From Naegleria gruberi (lineage: Eukaryota): 64,000 nucleotides of DNA. Shown piece after piece: positions 22,635 through 35,383 of this stretch. The translations under genes were made by a program, and so were the position numbers. The stretch's first letter is position 1; the number at the start of each line of letters is the position of its first letter. A model generated the notes under the pieces. That model made no database searches, was not told where the DNA came from, and saw only the letters and a list, made by a program, of their open reading frames with translations. Where the stretch lies: assembly GCA_000004985.1 (NCBI GenBank), contig GG738886.1. One strand, written 5' to 3'.

Positions 22635-25325
22635 TTACTTCTTCAAAAATTTGATTCTCTTAATTTCGTGTAGTTCTTCTTCGAAAAATTCTGAAGTCAT
22701 TGAGGTTCTATGTTGAGCCAATTGTTGATTCTTGGATAATAGTGCAATTAATTTCAAGTAATTTTTCAATTTTGGCTGTTGAAAAGTGTTCGATTTGGTC
22801 TGCAATTCATTTAAGGTCAAGTGTGGCTCTTGTTGGAGAGTATTTAGCATTTTCTCTTCCTTTTCTCTTGATTTCTTTTTCAAAATGTCAGCAAACACAT
22901 TAATGATTGGATCTGCATGATGAGCATCAGCTTTCAACATACCAGCATAGGTATGGAATGCTGGATTTGATGGAGAATCCAATCTTACATAATTAATTAA
23001 TGCAAAAATTACAGTTTTCACAGTGCTGATTATTACAGCAGTCAAGAAACCGTAAAAATAATTGGCAACAATAAGTAACAAATCCATAAATCCAAAAACG
23101 TTGGTGTGAACAAGCCAAGTTCCCTTCTTTCTCAAAAAGATGAATCGTAAAACGAATACAGTTGCCACTGTTATCAGTTTACCTGAAAGGAAGGAAACAA
23201 TTCGAAATATAAGCTCCAATCCGTTCTGGAATAAAAATCCAATACCGAAGAAAATTTCATTAATGAACAAGCATACAAATCCAATAATAAGAAGGATTGC
23301 ATAAATGATGAAGAAGTAAACAGCTGTTGCTACTGCATAGTGAGCTGCTTGTGAGCCAGGATAACTGGAAGCTTTGACAATTGATTGAGATTTGAGTGAA
23401 AATTGAAGAGTTCCATTTCTATATGAATCCATCTGTTGAAATTTGGAATAATTATTAACAATATATTGTTAGAAAGAAAACTTACATGATTCTTATAATT
23501 CTTGGCAATCAATAAAGAAATTGAGAACATGGTAATGACTGTAATTACCACGGAAAGGTAATAATTTACCTCAATAACTTTGAATGCTGGAATCAGTATG
23601 TTGGTAATAGTAGCTTGACATGAATCCGAGTTGTTCGTAAACAAGACACAAAACAAGGTAGTCAACAATAAATAAATTATGTTAATGGCAGAATACATGA
23701 CATGAACAGAGAAGGCAGAGAAAGTTCCCACAATGAGTAAGCTAATCAACAAGGCAGATGACATTCCAATAATAAATCTTGATGGGAAAAAGAAGTTAGA
23801 CCACTTTTCTCTTGAATAATTTTCCAAAGCTCGTTTCAGAACTGTTTACAATATAATAAATAATCATGATTAACTTATTAAAGTAAAACCTACCAATCCA
23901 TTTAATTTTGGCGTAATACTTTAGTTTCAGCAATGGAATTACAATAATTCTTCTGAAAACACTTCTTTTCTTATTTTCCCAATATCTTTCAATCTTTTCA
24001 TCTAATCGATCTTTAATTTCATCCGTTTCTAGTGAGCTCAATGATGTAGAGATTGCACTAGTATCAGTTGAGCTATTCTTATTTGCATAGTAAGCAAATG
24101 ATCGTTTGAGCTTTTTCTTTGAAATATTTCTCAACAAGGTTCTAACATGATAGTAATACCTCGACAATCTGTGTCGATAAAAATTGAACCAATCCTTCAT
24201 TTTGAATTTGGTATAGACCTGAGCAATGGAAGAGATGAGTAAGAGAGCAATCATGAAAATTGATCCAAAAGCAAGTATCCATTGAAGAATTAAAAAACCA
24301 GAAATAAACTGGTATTGCGATTGTTGAATATTGTAAATCATATTCTTTGAAGTGGAATTGAGAAAATCGAGAAAATCTTTTGGAGACTCTATCATGTGTG
24401 TAATATTCACAAAAGTGAAATTGGTCTGTCCTGGATTCAAGTATGGATAACTTCTAGGTATGATTTCAATTGAGAACAAACTATTATGGTAGCAATTAAT
24501 TGACCATATAGTTTGTGTAATATCACATCCTAAAGCAAGTATAACTATTAGAAAAGTACAAATTCTCTTCCAAAACGGCATTTGAACTGCATTATTCAAT
24601 ACTGTAACTGATAGAATAAATCCAGCCATTAATGAAATTGTTGCAACTCCACTGTTAAAATTATTTAAATAATTATTTTCCAAATTATTTAAAATAAATA
24701 TTATTCGAATCCTGTCAAATATTTTGAAAACCTACCTAGTATCACCAATATAATCACAACCTACAATAATATTATCCATTCTATCATCAGCAAACCACTG
24801 CCAAACTCGTGTTACATAAATTGCACTAAAGTACAATCTTGCAAACAGAAACCACACCACAAATCTATAAAACACATTCTCATTAATCAGGTCAACCACT
24901 GGAATCCTCAAGCAACACGAACTCAAATGATAGAATATCTTCTTTGGTATACAATGTCCTACCAAACCTTCACATCCATTAAAACAAACACAACACATTC
25001 CATAACTTGTTGTTCTCCTTCTTCTATTGGTGAGATATTCCCGAACAGTAAAGTGTAAATCATCTTGTTCAGTGGAATGGGTAAGGAATTGATTCAGTGA
25101 TGGACAAGGTTTTTGATGATCATCGTGATGATGATGGTGATGATGATTACTATCAATTATTACCTTGTTGTTATTACTGGCTGATTCGTAGTAGGCCGAT
25201 GATGATGACGATGATGAATTATGATAAGTATGATGATCAAAAGGCTCTTGATAGGAATGATAATCAGTGTTGGCAATGGAGGGAGATACTCCATGAGGAT
25301 TGGATGATGTACTATCCATCATCAT
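22635..25325 (-). CDS. Multi-pass membrane protein of about 11 TM with a His-rich, Cys-rich N-terminal region; family not recognised. Model complement(join(22635..23432,23486..23841,23894..24651,24736..25325)).
   Basis: Four consecutive minus-strand ORFs join in frame through 53-, 52- and 84-nt GT..AG introns (donors gtaagtttt, gtaggtttt, gtaggtttt). N-terminus MMMDSTSS...HHHHHHHDDH followed by the Cys cluster GMCCVCFNGCEGLVGHC. Many hydrophobic helices. Confidence 0.55.
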
Positions 25326-25648
25326 CTTCTTGTTTCTTGTTTATTCCTTTATATGAAGAGTTTGATGATGATATTTTGTTTTTTTTGATTGGAAGATTTA
25401 CAAATTGCCTTCCTCTTCGGAGAAGATTCTATTGGTTACATTATTTGAAATGTGCATTATTGTTATATGATAATGAAATTATCCACCACATGTAAGGAGC
25501 TCTTGAGGCGTTTTTTTAAGCGGTGAAACTTACCGTTACACTATTTGAAATTCTTAAATCAAAATTAAAGTTTTAAAATAAAAAAAGCCTTCAAGCTGTT
25601 ACTATTTACACTTGTTTTTATTGCACATCATGATGTGATTGGAACAAA

Positions 25649-26851
25649 TTATTCAATGGAAAGAACAACCTTGCCAATAGCTCTCTTCGAATGAACCATT
25701 TCGTGAGCCTTTTTAATTTCATCCATCTTGAACGTGGTAATCTTGATCAAATTAAAGCAATTTCCCTCCGATAACACTCTATTCATCAACAAGTCAAATT
25801 CCTTCTGTGCCTTACCCATATATTGTATCAGATTGTATTTTGGATACTTTTTAGAGCAGGCTTTCATCTTGTTAGAGCTGATATAAATTCCAGTCCTGAT
25901 CAATGTAGAAAGAGTTAATTCGGCAGGACCTGGTGGCACAAGACTACTATAAACTACATGAGAGTCAGCTCTTCTACAATCCAAATGTTGGCAAACATCA
26001 TCGTAAAAGTAGTATCCTCCAACACAGTCAATTACCAAGTCAATGTATTGATCTCCATTCTCACCCTTAATCAATTCACAAATGGATGGTAATTCACTGG
26101 ATTCTTGATGTTTCTCTTGAGTGCCATCCTTAGCAGAGGTTTGTGTATAATCAATGACAACGTCAGCTCCCAACGATTTCACATATTCCACATTTCTTGT
26201 TGAGCACACTGCATAGACTTTGATATTGAAATATTTGGCCAAATAATGTTTGGCGAATAGCAAAGCAATACTTCCCGTGCCACCAGAAGCACCAATGACC
26301 AATACTTTGAAATCTTCCATTTCCTTTGGCTTTTCATTCATCTTTTCTGGATGAGCTATGTGTTTCTTCAACAAAGATTCTACGAGTGGATGTTGTCTGT
26401 AGGCATCGATTATGGTTCCACCACTTGTTGCAAAAGCAGCTGCCTTATTATAATCCATATCCTTTGGTTTCTTAATCAAATCATGATCTTCAAAGACGCA
26501 ATATTCAGCAAACGTACCAGTCTTGGCTCCTGCCTTTCCACCACAAACCAAATCACCAACTTTGAATTGGGTGACCTTCTTACCAACTGCTGACACAACA
26601 CCACTGGCATCCAATCCCAAAACACAAGGGAATTTGAGCTTGACAGCCATTTTGACTCTCCCAGAAGCCATATGACAATCGCCAGGATTAATACCAGCTG
26701 CATGGACTCGGACCAATACTTGATGATCCTTCAGAGCATCTTGCTTTGGTTTTGGATGATCTTGCACAATTTTAAAATCAGGAAATTCAGCATAATCTTC
26801 AATAATAATTGCCTTCATAATGTATTGTATATTGTTGGTACTACTATTCAT
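25649..26851 (-). CDS. Medium-chain dehydrogenase/reductase (zinc-type alcohol dehydrogenase / quinone oxidoreductase family).
   Basis: VLVRVHAAGINPGD and VGDLV motifs. GxGxxG Rossmann loop VLVIGASGGTGS. Single 400-aa exon. Confidence 0.8.
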   Translation of the reverse strand: MNSSTNNIQYIMKAIIIEDYAEFPDFKIVQDHPKPKQDALKDHQVLVRVHAAGINPGDCHMASGRVKMAVKLKFPCVLGLDASGVVSAVGKKVTQFKVGDLVCGGKAGAKTGTFAEYCVFEDHDLIKKPKDMDYNKAAAFATSGGTIIDAYRQHPLVESLLKKHIAHPEKMNEKPKEMEDFKVLVIGASGGTGSIALLFAKHYLAKYFNIKVYAVCSTRNVEYVKSLGADVVIDYTQTSAKDGTQEKHQESSELPSICELIKGENGDQYIDLVIDCVGGYYFYDDVCQHLDCRRADSHVVYSSLVPPGPAELTLSTLIRTGIYISSNKMKACSKKYPKYNLIQYMGKAQKEFDLLMNRVLSEGNCFNLIKITTFKMDEIKKAHEMVHSKRAIGKVVLSIE

Positions 26852-27289
26852 ACGAGTTTCAAAAGTTAGTTCTACTATCGGTTGTTATTCTTAGTTGTTA
26901 TATGCCCACCACTACTACTATTAGAAGAGAGAGATGATAATAATTTTGTATTAAGCTTAGTGAGATATTAGTACTACTATGGGTGAATACTATTAATGAG
27001 ATGTTGAGATGTTTTTTAAAGAGTTGTTGTTTGCTTTCTGTGCCATTTCTTGATTTAAATTGATACTCACTCGGGCAAGTGAGGGATTCATTGTTTCCAA
27101 ATTGTGGCTCAGCCAATTATGGAATTACCTCGCGGGTTTCCTAATGGCCATAGGAATTTTTACAAATTAAGAACAAGTGCTACGGAGATCCAATTCTATT
27201 TTGTTTATCTCTTATTCTTCTAATGGTCAATGTAATATTAATAATATTACTAATAATATTTAATATTTAAATTATAATATTTAAAAAAA

Positions 27290-30080
27290 ATGCAAACAAG
27301 TAGTACTAGTAAGAGAATTGATGCCTTGCCATCCACCATCCTTCCTACCCGATATAAAATTTTCTTAAATCCAGATTTGAAGAATTTTGTATTTGATGGT
27401 GAAGAAACTATTGAATTGAAAATTAATCCACAAGAATTATCATCAGATCATACTAATAGTATTGATAATCTATTAAAATCCATTGATCGTATAGTTACGA
27501 ATAGTAAAGAATTAAAAATTGATCAAGCCTTTTTAATGATCGGAGATGGTCATGGTCATAGGGTTGAATTTAAATCAATTGATTTTCATGAAGAGTTTGG
27601 AATTGTTAGTTTTGTATTGGAAAAGTCGTTAGATGAAATTTTGAATCAGTTAAATATCAAGGTTGATGATTTGAGTGTGTTTAGAATGTTTTTGCACTTG
27701 AAATTCAGAGGAGAATTGAATGACAAGTTGAATGGCTTTTATCGATCAAAGTATGTCAGAGATGGTGTTGAATCATATGCTGCAGTAACACAATTTCAAC
27801 CTGCCGATGCTAGAAAATGCTTTGTTTGTTGGGATGAACCAATTTATAAGGCAGTTTTTGAGATTTCACTTGTTGCTCCAAAGAATTACAAAGCACTGTC
27901 CAATATGAACTGCATTCAAGTGGATGATTATGATGAAAGTAGTAATCTTCACAAATTTTCTCCAACTCCTCCAATGTCAACCTATTTGGTTGCTGTTATT
28001 GTTGGTGATTTTGATTATGTTGAAACTATTTGTACAGAAACATCCAAGCCAATTCCTGTTCGTGTCTATACTCCAGTTGGAAAGAAGGAACAGGGTCTCT
28101 TCTCACTTGAAGTTACCTCTAAGGTATTGGCCCTTTTTGAAAAGTATTTCCAGGTGGAATATCCATTGCCTAAACTTGACATGATTGGAATTTCTCAATT
28201 GAGCTTTGGTGGAATGGAAAATTTTGGATTAATTACTTTCAGAGAGCAAATTGTTCTTGTTGATCCAATCAATACCTCTGCGGCTGCCAAGCAAAATGTT
28301 TCCATTGTTGTCGCTCACGAAGTATCACATCAATGGTTTGGAAATCATGTTACTCCAGCTTGGTGGGAATCATTGTGGTTAAACGAGAGTTATGCTACGT
28401 ATGTATTAATGGCCTACTGTATTTAATATTTACAATCAATTATTTGAAATAATGTTTTATGGAAATTATAGTTATTGGGAATACTTTGCTATTGATAATC
28501 TCTTCCCTGAGTGGGGCGTTTGGGAACAATTCGTTTATGCTGACTTTTTGAGAGCATTCGACTTGGATGGAAAGAGATCTACTCACCCAATTCAAGTATC
28601 AGTCAATTCTACTGCAGAAATCGATGAAGTTTTTGATGCCATCTCATATAGTAAGGGTTCATGTTGCGTTAGAATGTTAATTGAATGGCTTGGTATTGAC
28701 CAATTCAGAAAGGCAATTATTGCTTATTTGAACAAGTATGCCTTTTCCAATGCCAAAACTGAGGATTTGTGGACATCTTTGAAAGAATCACTCAATGTTG
28801 ATGCAGCATCCATGATGAAGAGTTGGATATATTCCTCAGGTTATCCTGTTGTAACCATCAAGGAACATTTGGAAGGTAACGAAAAGGTATTAACATTAAC
28901 ACAAAACAGATATTTGGAAGATGGAGGTTTGGATAGTGAGGATTCAACCATTTGGTACATTCCTATTTCCTATGTTTTGTGCAATAGTGATAATTCAATT
29001 ACAGAATTTAAAGAAACCATGAATGAAAAGAGCATGATTTTGAGAATTCCCGCCTCTTCCAAATGGATCAAATTCAACAAGAATCAAATTGGATTTTATC
29101 GCGTCAATTATCAAAGCTCTGAATATTATAGCAAATTGAAGGTCGCCATCAAGGAGAAGAAATTATCACCAATTGATAGAATGGCATTAATAGAGGAAAG
29201 TACAACCCTCTCAAAGAGTGGTCTTGTGCCAATTGAGCAAGTTTTATCATTATTTGAAGCCTATTCCTTAGAAGATAACTATACAGTCCTGACAACTGTT
29301 TCTTCCTGCTTGTCCACTATTGAAAATCTTATCAAACATGAATCAAGCCAAGCATTGGAAAAATTTGCAGCACTTGGAAGAAGTATTTTCCTTCATTTGA
29401 GAGATGATCTTGGTTGGACTCAACAAGAAAACGAAAGCCACTTGAGAAGCATGACCAGAAGTCTTGTATTCTCAAATCTTGTTAGTTACAATGACAAGGA
29501 AACTGTACAAAAGGCATTTGAAAAATTTGCTCAATTCAAGGTTGATCCATCAAGTTTAATTCCAGATTTGAGAAGTGTAGTATATTCAGCTGTTGTAAAA
29601 TATGGAAATGAGGAAGATTTCAAACAAGTTTTGAATGTCTATTTAACATCGGATTTAACTGAGGAAAAAGTGAGAGTTTTGAAATGTCTTGGCCAATCTC
29701 CAAATGAACAATTAATTGATGAAACAATCAATAGAACTCTTGACGGATCTGTTCTCACTCAAGATATTTCGTACATGTTAATGGGTCTATCACAAAATCC
29801 AAAAGCAAATGAAAAGCTCTGGAGATTCTTTTTCAAGAATTATGCAGCAATTAGACAAAAATTCCAAGCAGGACTATTATTTGGAAGAATCATCAAATTA
29901 TTCACTGAAAGTTCACTGAATCCACAACATGTTTCAGAAATTAAAGACGAATTAGACAAGGTTGCTACTAGTGCCATCTTGAGAACTGTCAATCAAGTTA
30001 AGGAAACTATTTCACTCAATAGTGCATGGAGTATTCGTTCAGCTCCTTCCATTGTTAATTGGTTAAATAAAATAGAATAA
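27290..30080 (+). CDS. M1-family aminopeptidase (aminopeptidase N / puromycin-sensitive-like), join(27290..28398,28472..30080).
   Basis: GGMEN exopeptidase motif (GGMENFG). Zinc motif HEVSHQWFGN...WLNESYA (HExxH-18-E). A 73-nt intron gtatgt..ttatag at phase 2 restores LNESYATYWEY. C-terminal ERAP1-like helical domain. Confidence 0.85.
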
Positions 30081-30173
30081 ACTAGTGATATTTCAAATTT
30101 TAAAATATTTAATCAATATGGTGCCCGTCTTCTCGTGTACTATCTGTTTTTATCTTGTTGTAAAAACGAAAAA

Positions 30174-31607
30174 TTATTCAGAACAGTTAGTGTAATATTC
30201 TGCAATGGATGAATGTGAAATGGATGCTACAAATTTGCCCAAACTCAAATCATAAAATTCCTTAATGGACTCATAATCTGCATCTTGTCCTAACCTGTTA
30301 ATATTTGCATGTGTTATAAAGTGATGAATCAGTGAATCCTTCTCTAGAAAACGATGTTTGATGAAATCGTGAACTCTCCTCTGAGACCAGTTAGGTATTA
30401 CATTGAAATTGTAATCTTTAGAATGAGAAATTATTTCAACATAGGGTAATTCGCTTAAAATATCCAATTCCATAAGATTGTCCATGAGTGAAAATCCTTG
30501 TAATGATAAACGAACTAGCTTTGGGAATCTCTTCCTATTTATACCACTAATAATGTTGTTCTCAATTGTTTTTACAAAATCCCAATAACTATCATCCAAA
30601 AATGTATCCATACGAATTGTCAAATCTCTAACATTTGGAAACACCTCTTGTTCACTCAGAAAATTAGCATATAACTCAGAACCCTCATAAAAGTATGATA
30701 ATCTACCAAATTGAAAGCATAAGTATTGTACATGATCAGGTATAGCAAAATTCCTATAATTCCATTCATTTAACACTATGGATATTGCAATGTAATTCGA
30801 AGCTACTTGGTTAAACTGTGTAAAATCTTGATCCTGATTCATATCAATCATCAGGCCAAGAGCTTTCGAATCTGAGGAATCTTTTGAAAATAATCCTTGA
30901 GAAATTAAACAGCAATTTTCATAGGTATCACCTTCATCATAATATCCACTCCATTTTTCACTGTCAAAGTATGAAATCATATTCAGAGATAGAATAAGTG
31001 CTTTGTGTAGGAACAAATCATAGGAATTGAGGTGGGTTAGTGCTGAAATCTTTTCAAATTTCTCATTAGAAACTACTAGTTTCTGCATTCTCTTTTCGAA
31101 TTGCTCATTCATCTCAGGAGTATCCACTTCATTCTCAATAGTATCCAAACTCGGATAAGGATGGTACGATCTATAACACTTCGAAGGATCAATTATTTGA
31201 GCATATTCACGATTGGAATTCATCTCTGTTGCCTCAATTAACTTTTGCATTCTCACCAAAGGAATTGCTTCAGTCACAGATAAATCACCTGTTGCCAATG
31301 AACATCCCTCAAATGATTCATAACGTTTCCAATAAATTACCAACTCCAAAACATTGGAAACTCTCCTCCAAAACTCTGACATTTCCTCCACAAACTTTTG
31401 ATGAGCTTCCCGAGAGAGCAGACAAGTCAATTTATGAATGGTCCTAACTGTCGTTAAATCCATATAATTAATAATCATAGGATGGATTTGTTTTTTAAAT
31501 TTCATAATATCATCATGATGATTCATATTCACTTGATGGATAGGTCCAAGCAAGAACTCAAAAATACAACAACGCCAAATCTCTGAAGGAAGGTTGAGTA
31601 GTTTCAT
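30174..31607 (-). CDS. Hypothetical protein with an F-box-like N-terminus.
   Basis: LNLPSEIWRCCIFEFL resembles an F-box core. The remaining 400 aa has no recognised domain. Confidence 0.45.
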   Translation of the reverse strand: MKLLNLPSEIWRCCIFEFLLGPIHQVNMNHHDDIMKFKKQIHPMIINYMDLTTVRTIHKLTCLLSREAHQKFVEEMSEFWRRVSNVLELVIYWKRYESFEGCSLATGDLSVTEAIPLVRMQKLIEATEMNSNREYAQIIDPSKCYRSYHPYPSLDTIENEVDTPEMNEQFEKRMQKLVVSNEKFEKISALTHLNSYDLFLHKALILSLNMISYFDSEKWSGYYDEGDTYENCCLISQGLFSKDSSDSKALGLMIDMNQDQDFTQFNQVASNYIAISIVLNEWNYRNFAIPDHVQYLCFQFGRLSYFYEGSELYANFLSEQEVFPNVRDLTIRMDTFLDDSYWDFVKTIENNIISGINRKRFPKLVRLSLQGFSLMDNLMELDILSELPYVEIISHSKDYNFNVIPNWSQRRVHDFIKHRFLEKDSLIHHFITHANINRLGQDADYESIKEFYDLSLGKFVASISHSSIAEYYTNCSE

Positions 31608-31715
31608 TTTTTTTGTAATTCCACAAGTTCATCTTCATCTTTAACTATTCCAATACTCAAATATAGTAGTAGAAAATATTTACAAGTTTATAATTTAGTG
31701 GTGCTACTGGTTCAA

Positions 31716-33127
31716 TTATGCAGAAACAGTAGTAACAAGACCAAATACTAAACTAAGGGTCAAATAAATAACAAATGTCAACCCAACACTCATGGCAAAA
31801 ATAGTCCACTTGTAGATACGGTCTGAAACTTCGGTAATGGCGAAACAAGCAAATCCAATAATGAATCCACACATTAATCCTCCCAAGTGGCCAGCATAAT
31901 CTACATAATCAGAGAAACTCCACAAAAGTGTAATTACAATAATAAATCCAACACTGATGCATTGCATAATCTTTGGCTGAGTTGGAATCTTCTTCCAACG
32001 AATGATAATATTAGCAACCTTGGCACCAATCAATCCCATAATTGCTCCAGAAGCTCCAACTGAAACACTATCTGGAAGGGCAACACAGCTCAATAAATTA
32101 CCTCCAACACCTGCAATAATATAAATTGGAAGAACACGATACCACTTCCAAGTCTTTTCATAACCCATACAAATCATTACTTGAACAAATAAATTCATAA
32201 ACAAGTGCAAAAATCCTGCGTGCATTATGAGTGGAGTGAATAAACGCCAAAGTTGATATTCCTTCTTGATCTTGTAAGCAGATTTGGCTCCTAATAAGAG
32301 AAGAGTTGAACTAGATGGCCCAATAGATGGATTAGAACTATCAATACCTCCAACAGATACCTCTACAATAAAGTAAATGATTTGTACAATGGAAATCCAA
32401 AAGCAAAATGTCTTGAGCATATTCTTGTAATCTTGCTTTCTGGTTGGTGAACAAGGTGGTCCAACAAAACAAGGACAACAACACATTAAACAGGTCTAAT
32501 TCCGATTAATATTAAATAATAGTATACAAAACTTACATGATACCATTGTGGTGTAATACCATGCAAATTATAACTCCAAAACATGTCCTCATTCATATCA
32601 TATTGTTGTTGATAAGGATCTGTAGGTCTATTTTGTGATTCAACATCAACTGGTTGACCTGTTGCACTATAACTTCCACCTCCTAATAATAATAATATTA
32701 ATTTCCAATATTGTTATTATTATTGTTGTATAATTTTGTATATAATTCAATTGAAAAGGGTCAAATAGAAAAACCTACCAGCAGTACTACCAGATCCTTG
32801 AGAGAACATACCACCAAGTCTAGAAAACATGCCTCCAAACATTGATCCTCCTCCAGAAGAAGAACCTCCATTATCAGCAGCTCCACCAGCATAATTAGCA
32901 GAAGAAGGTTGATAAGAAACAGCTTCTCCCGAACTTAATACTCTTCCTGATGATGATGATGCATTGTTATTGTTGTTTGAATTGGAAGAACCATTACCGA
33001 GAGATCTTCCTCCTCCAAGGCTTCTACCACCTCCACCACCGAGGGATCTTCCTCCTCCTGATGATGGATTATTGTTATTGTTATTATTATTATCGCTTGG
33101 TAAATCACGAATTGTATGAACAGGCAT
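31716..33127 (-). CDS. Rhomboid-family intramembrane serine protease with a poly-Asn/Gly-rich N-terminal extension, complement(join(31716..32495,32537..32682,32779..33127)).
   Basis: Catalytic GASGAIMG (GxSG) and the His-containing helix AGHLGGLMCGF. LFTPLIMHAGFLHLFMNLF (H..N). Introns are 41 nt (gtaagt..aattag) and 96 nt (gtaggt..attag), and the phases check. N-terminus NNNNNNNNNPSSGGGRSLGGGGGRSLGGG. Confidence 0.8.
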
Positions 33128-33540
33128 GATGATTGAATTATATACAAAAATTATTCTACAATGGATACAAAAAAAACTAAAAAGACTCGAGAATTCGGTT
33201 AAGGTTATTAGAGTTTGATATTTTGTTTTTTAATAAAGTTGATGGTTGTTGATGGAAAAAGTTTGAGAGAAAAATTGTTGTTCTCCTCTTCCTTTGTTTT
33301 TTTTAAATTTTATTTTAGAATTAAAAACGAAGAAGGAATGTCGGGTGATGGCGCTGTTTTTGTGGGGTTGTGAGTTCGATTCTGGATGGTTGCTTCTACG
33401 ATTTTTTCTAGTTTGTTTGAAGAGTTCGTGATTTGCCAGTTTGGTAATTGAGAAGTATGCAGTTTTGAACAGTGCATTGTCTAATTCAGATATTTTTCTC
33501 ACGCAATTGAATTGTTCAGGTTTCGAATATCAATGGATGA

Positions 33541-34614
33541 TTAGCTGTTATTCGATTCATTCTCATTGTTGCATGCGGCATGTTGATCCTTATCATTGAG
33601 AATAAACTTCATAGACATTGGATAGAAATCATCAAAGAATGAATAGTGTCGATATTCCAAATAATTATGTGGCCACTTGTCAATACCTAATTCGTTTCGA
33701 ATAGAATAAAACTTTCTCTTAATGGTCGATAAACTGCATCCTAATAAGGTACATGCTTGTTGTTGAGTTAAATGCAAAATTCTAATCATCTCATCTGTGG
33801 TAATATTCTCAACTGTTCTCTTTCTAGTAAATTTGACATTAGAATCTATTTGAACAATTGAAACTCTTTGATCTTTCGAATAATTAAAACAAGTTTCACC
33901 CTCAGAAAAGTGTTTTTCTAATAATTCATTCATCGATTCACATGCATCCAATTCCTCATCATCCATAATCACATACGAAACTTTTGTTTGCGTTGGTTTC
34001 TCCACCTCATTCGAAACTGTTCCTTCCTTTCGTTTAAATTCATACTTTCTCTTTATCTTTTTCGATTTTTTAATTCCTGCTGTTTCTTTAAACATGTAAT
34101 CCACAATAAATGTTTGATTATCTTTAGATTTCGAATCATTGACACCCTTGTTCGTTATTGGAAAGTTTACAATATTAGAAATATTGTGATTACCACTTGT
34201 GGAAGCAACTGCTACTGCTTTGATTCCTTGTGGATGAGAATTTGTTGGTGATGAAACATTTGAATGATGAGCATTCACATGTGATGAATGTAAACAACTT
34301 CCATGCTTGTTAAATTGGTTTAAATTATTCGAAACATCCACTTGTTGATGATACTTTACATGTGGACTAGAGACGATTGTTGTAATGGTAGAAGTGAGAG
34401 GTGAAGTGGTTGGTGGAGGAAGCACGACAATGCTTCTTTGATGTTCAAAGTTATTCGAAAGGTTGTGGCTGGAAGTGTGTCCATGATTTGAGTTGGATAC
34501 AAGTTTCGAATAGTTTTGAAGTGAATTATTAACATGTTGTTGTTCATGTTTCGAAAAAGATATGTGTTCTTCTCCATGCTCATGTGGGGCGGTTGATATT
34601 ATTCGATTCAACAT
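33541..34614 (-). CDS. RWP-RK domain-containing putative transcription factor.
   Basis: C-terminal ITTDEMIRILHLTQQQACTLLGCSLSTIKRKFYSIRNELGIDKWPHNY matches RWP-RK (L..YF.L....AA..LGV..T.LKR.CR..GI.RWP.RK). The N-terminal part is low-complexity and His/Asn-rich. Confidence 0.7.
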   Translation of the reverse strand: MLNRIISTAPHEHGEEHISFSKHEQQHVNNSLQNYSKLVSNSNHGHTSSHNLSNNFEHQRSIVVLPPPTTSPLTSTITTIVSSPHVKYHQQVDVSNNLNQFNKHGSCLHSSHVNAHHSNVSSPTNSHPQGIKAVAVASTSGNHNISNIVNFPITNKGVNDSKSKDNQTFIVDYMFKETAGIKKSKKIKRKYEFKRKEGTVSNEVEKPTQTKVSYVIMDDEELDACESMNELLEKHFSEGETCFNYSKDQRVSIVQIDSNVKFTRKRTVENITTDEMIRILHLTQQQACTLLGCSLSTIKRKFYSIRNELGIDKWPHNYLEYRHYSFFDDFYPMSMKFILNDKDQHAACNNENESNNS

Positions 34615-35383
34615 GTTTGAAACTGAAACCCAAAGTGTGGCCTTTTTTTACGTTGTTTACCTTCACTGTGTTTGATTGTCCTCGGTCTTTCATCTCTGGG
34701 TAGTGTAATCTTGTGGGAGAAACTAGACGAAAGTTGAATTATTATAATAATGGGGTCTCTTTTTTACAACTTCAGAGGACTACCTGCTTTTGGTTGTTGC
34801 TTCCATTTGGAAAGCCTTGTTTGGTGCATGTGGAGCTTTGTTTACTTGTTACGAGTTGTGCTCTGAGATGTTGCGTAACAATTGACAAACTAAACTTGAC
34901 AAAATTTGCCCTTTGAGTTTTGTTTCTCTATGAAAATTGAGATAAAACCAATTAAATTGGGCAGAGAGCTGCAATTTATTGATACAATAAATTATCTAGA
35001 GTTACAACTGTTGGATTGTTTACAATAACTTGTTCTAGACGAAAGTTTTCGAATAGTTTCTAGTAGGTTGGAAATTTGTCTTACTGTTCATTGAATCTTG
35101 TGGTTGCTGTAATTTGGAACTGTATTGTTGTAATACAATTCTGGATTTTTTACATTTACCTAAATAAAAATTATGCAAGTCAGTTTGAAACTGTCAAATG
35201 TTATCTGTGGCAACTACTTTGCACTTCACAAGTTAAGTAATCTAGCATACAATTTGGGTGGGTACTGAACTGTTATTTTATTTTGATATTTGATGATGGT
35301 ACGTAGTTGTACGAAATCATGCGGTAACGAATTGCCTTATTCGAAATTTGGTTTCTTTACATTTTTTAAATAAACAATTACTT

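Noticed and set aside
25097-25495. 132-aa plus-strand ORF rich in Asp, His and Met.
   Set aside because: It is antisense to the His-rich N-terminal exon of the minus-strand membrane-protein gene and mirrors its codon repeats.
32935-33147. ORF with an HHHHQEEE-rich product overlapping the rhomboid 5' exon.
   Set aside because: It is an alternative frame of the poly-Asn/Gly low-complexity coding region. The rhomboid frame is supported by splicing continuity.
33230-33502. 90-aa minus-strand ORF between the rhomboid and RWP-RK genes.
   Set aside because: It sits in the rhomboid promoter/5' region, has basic low-complexity composition and no support from splicing or motifs. It is probably spurious.
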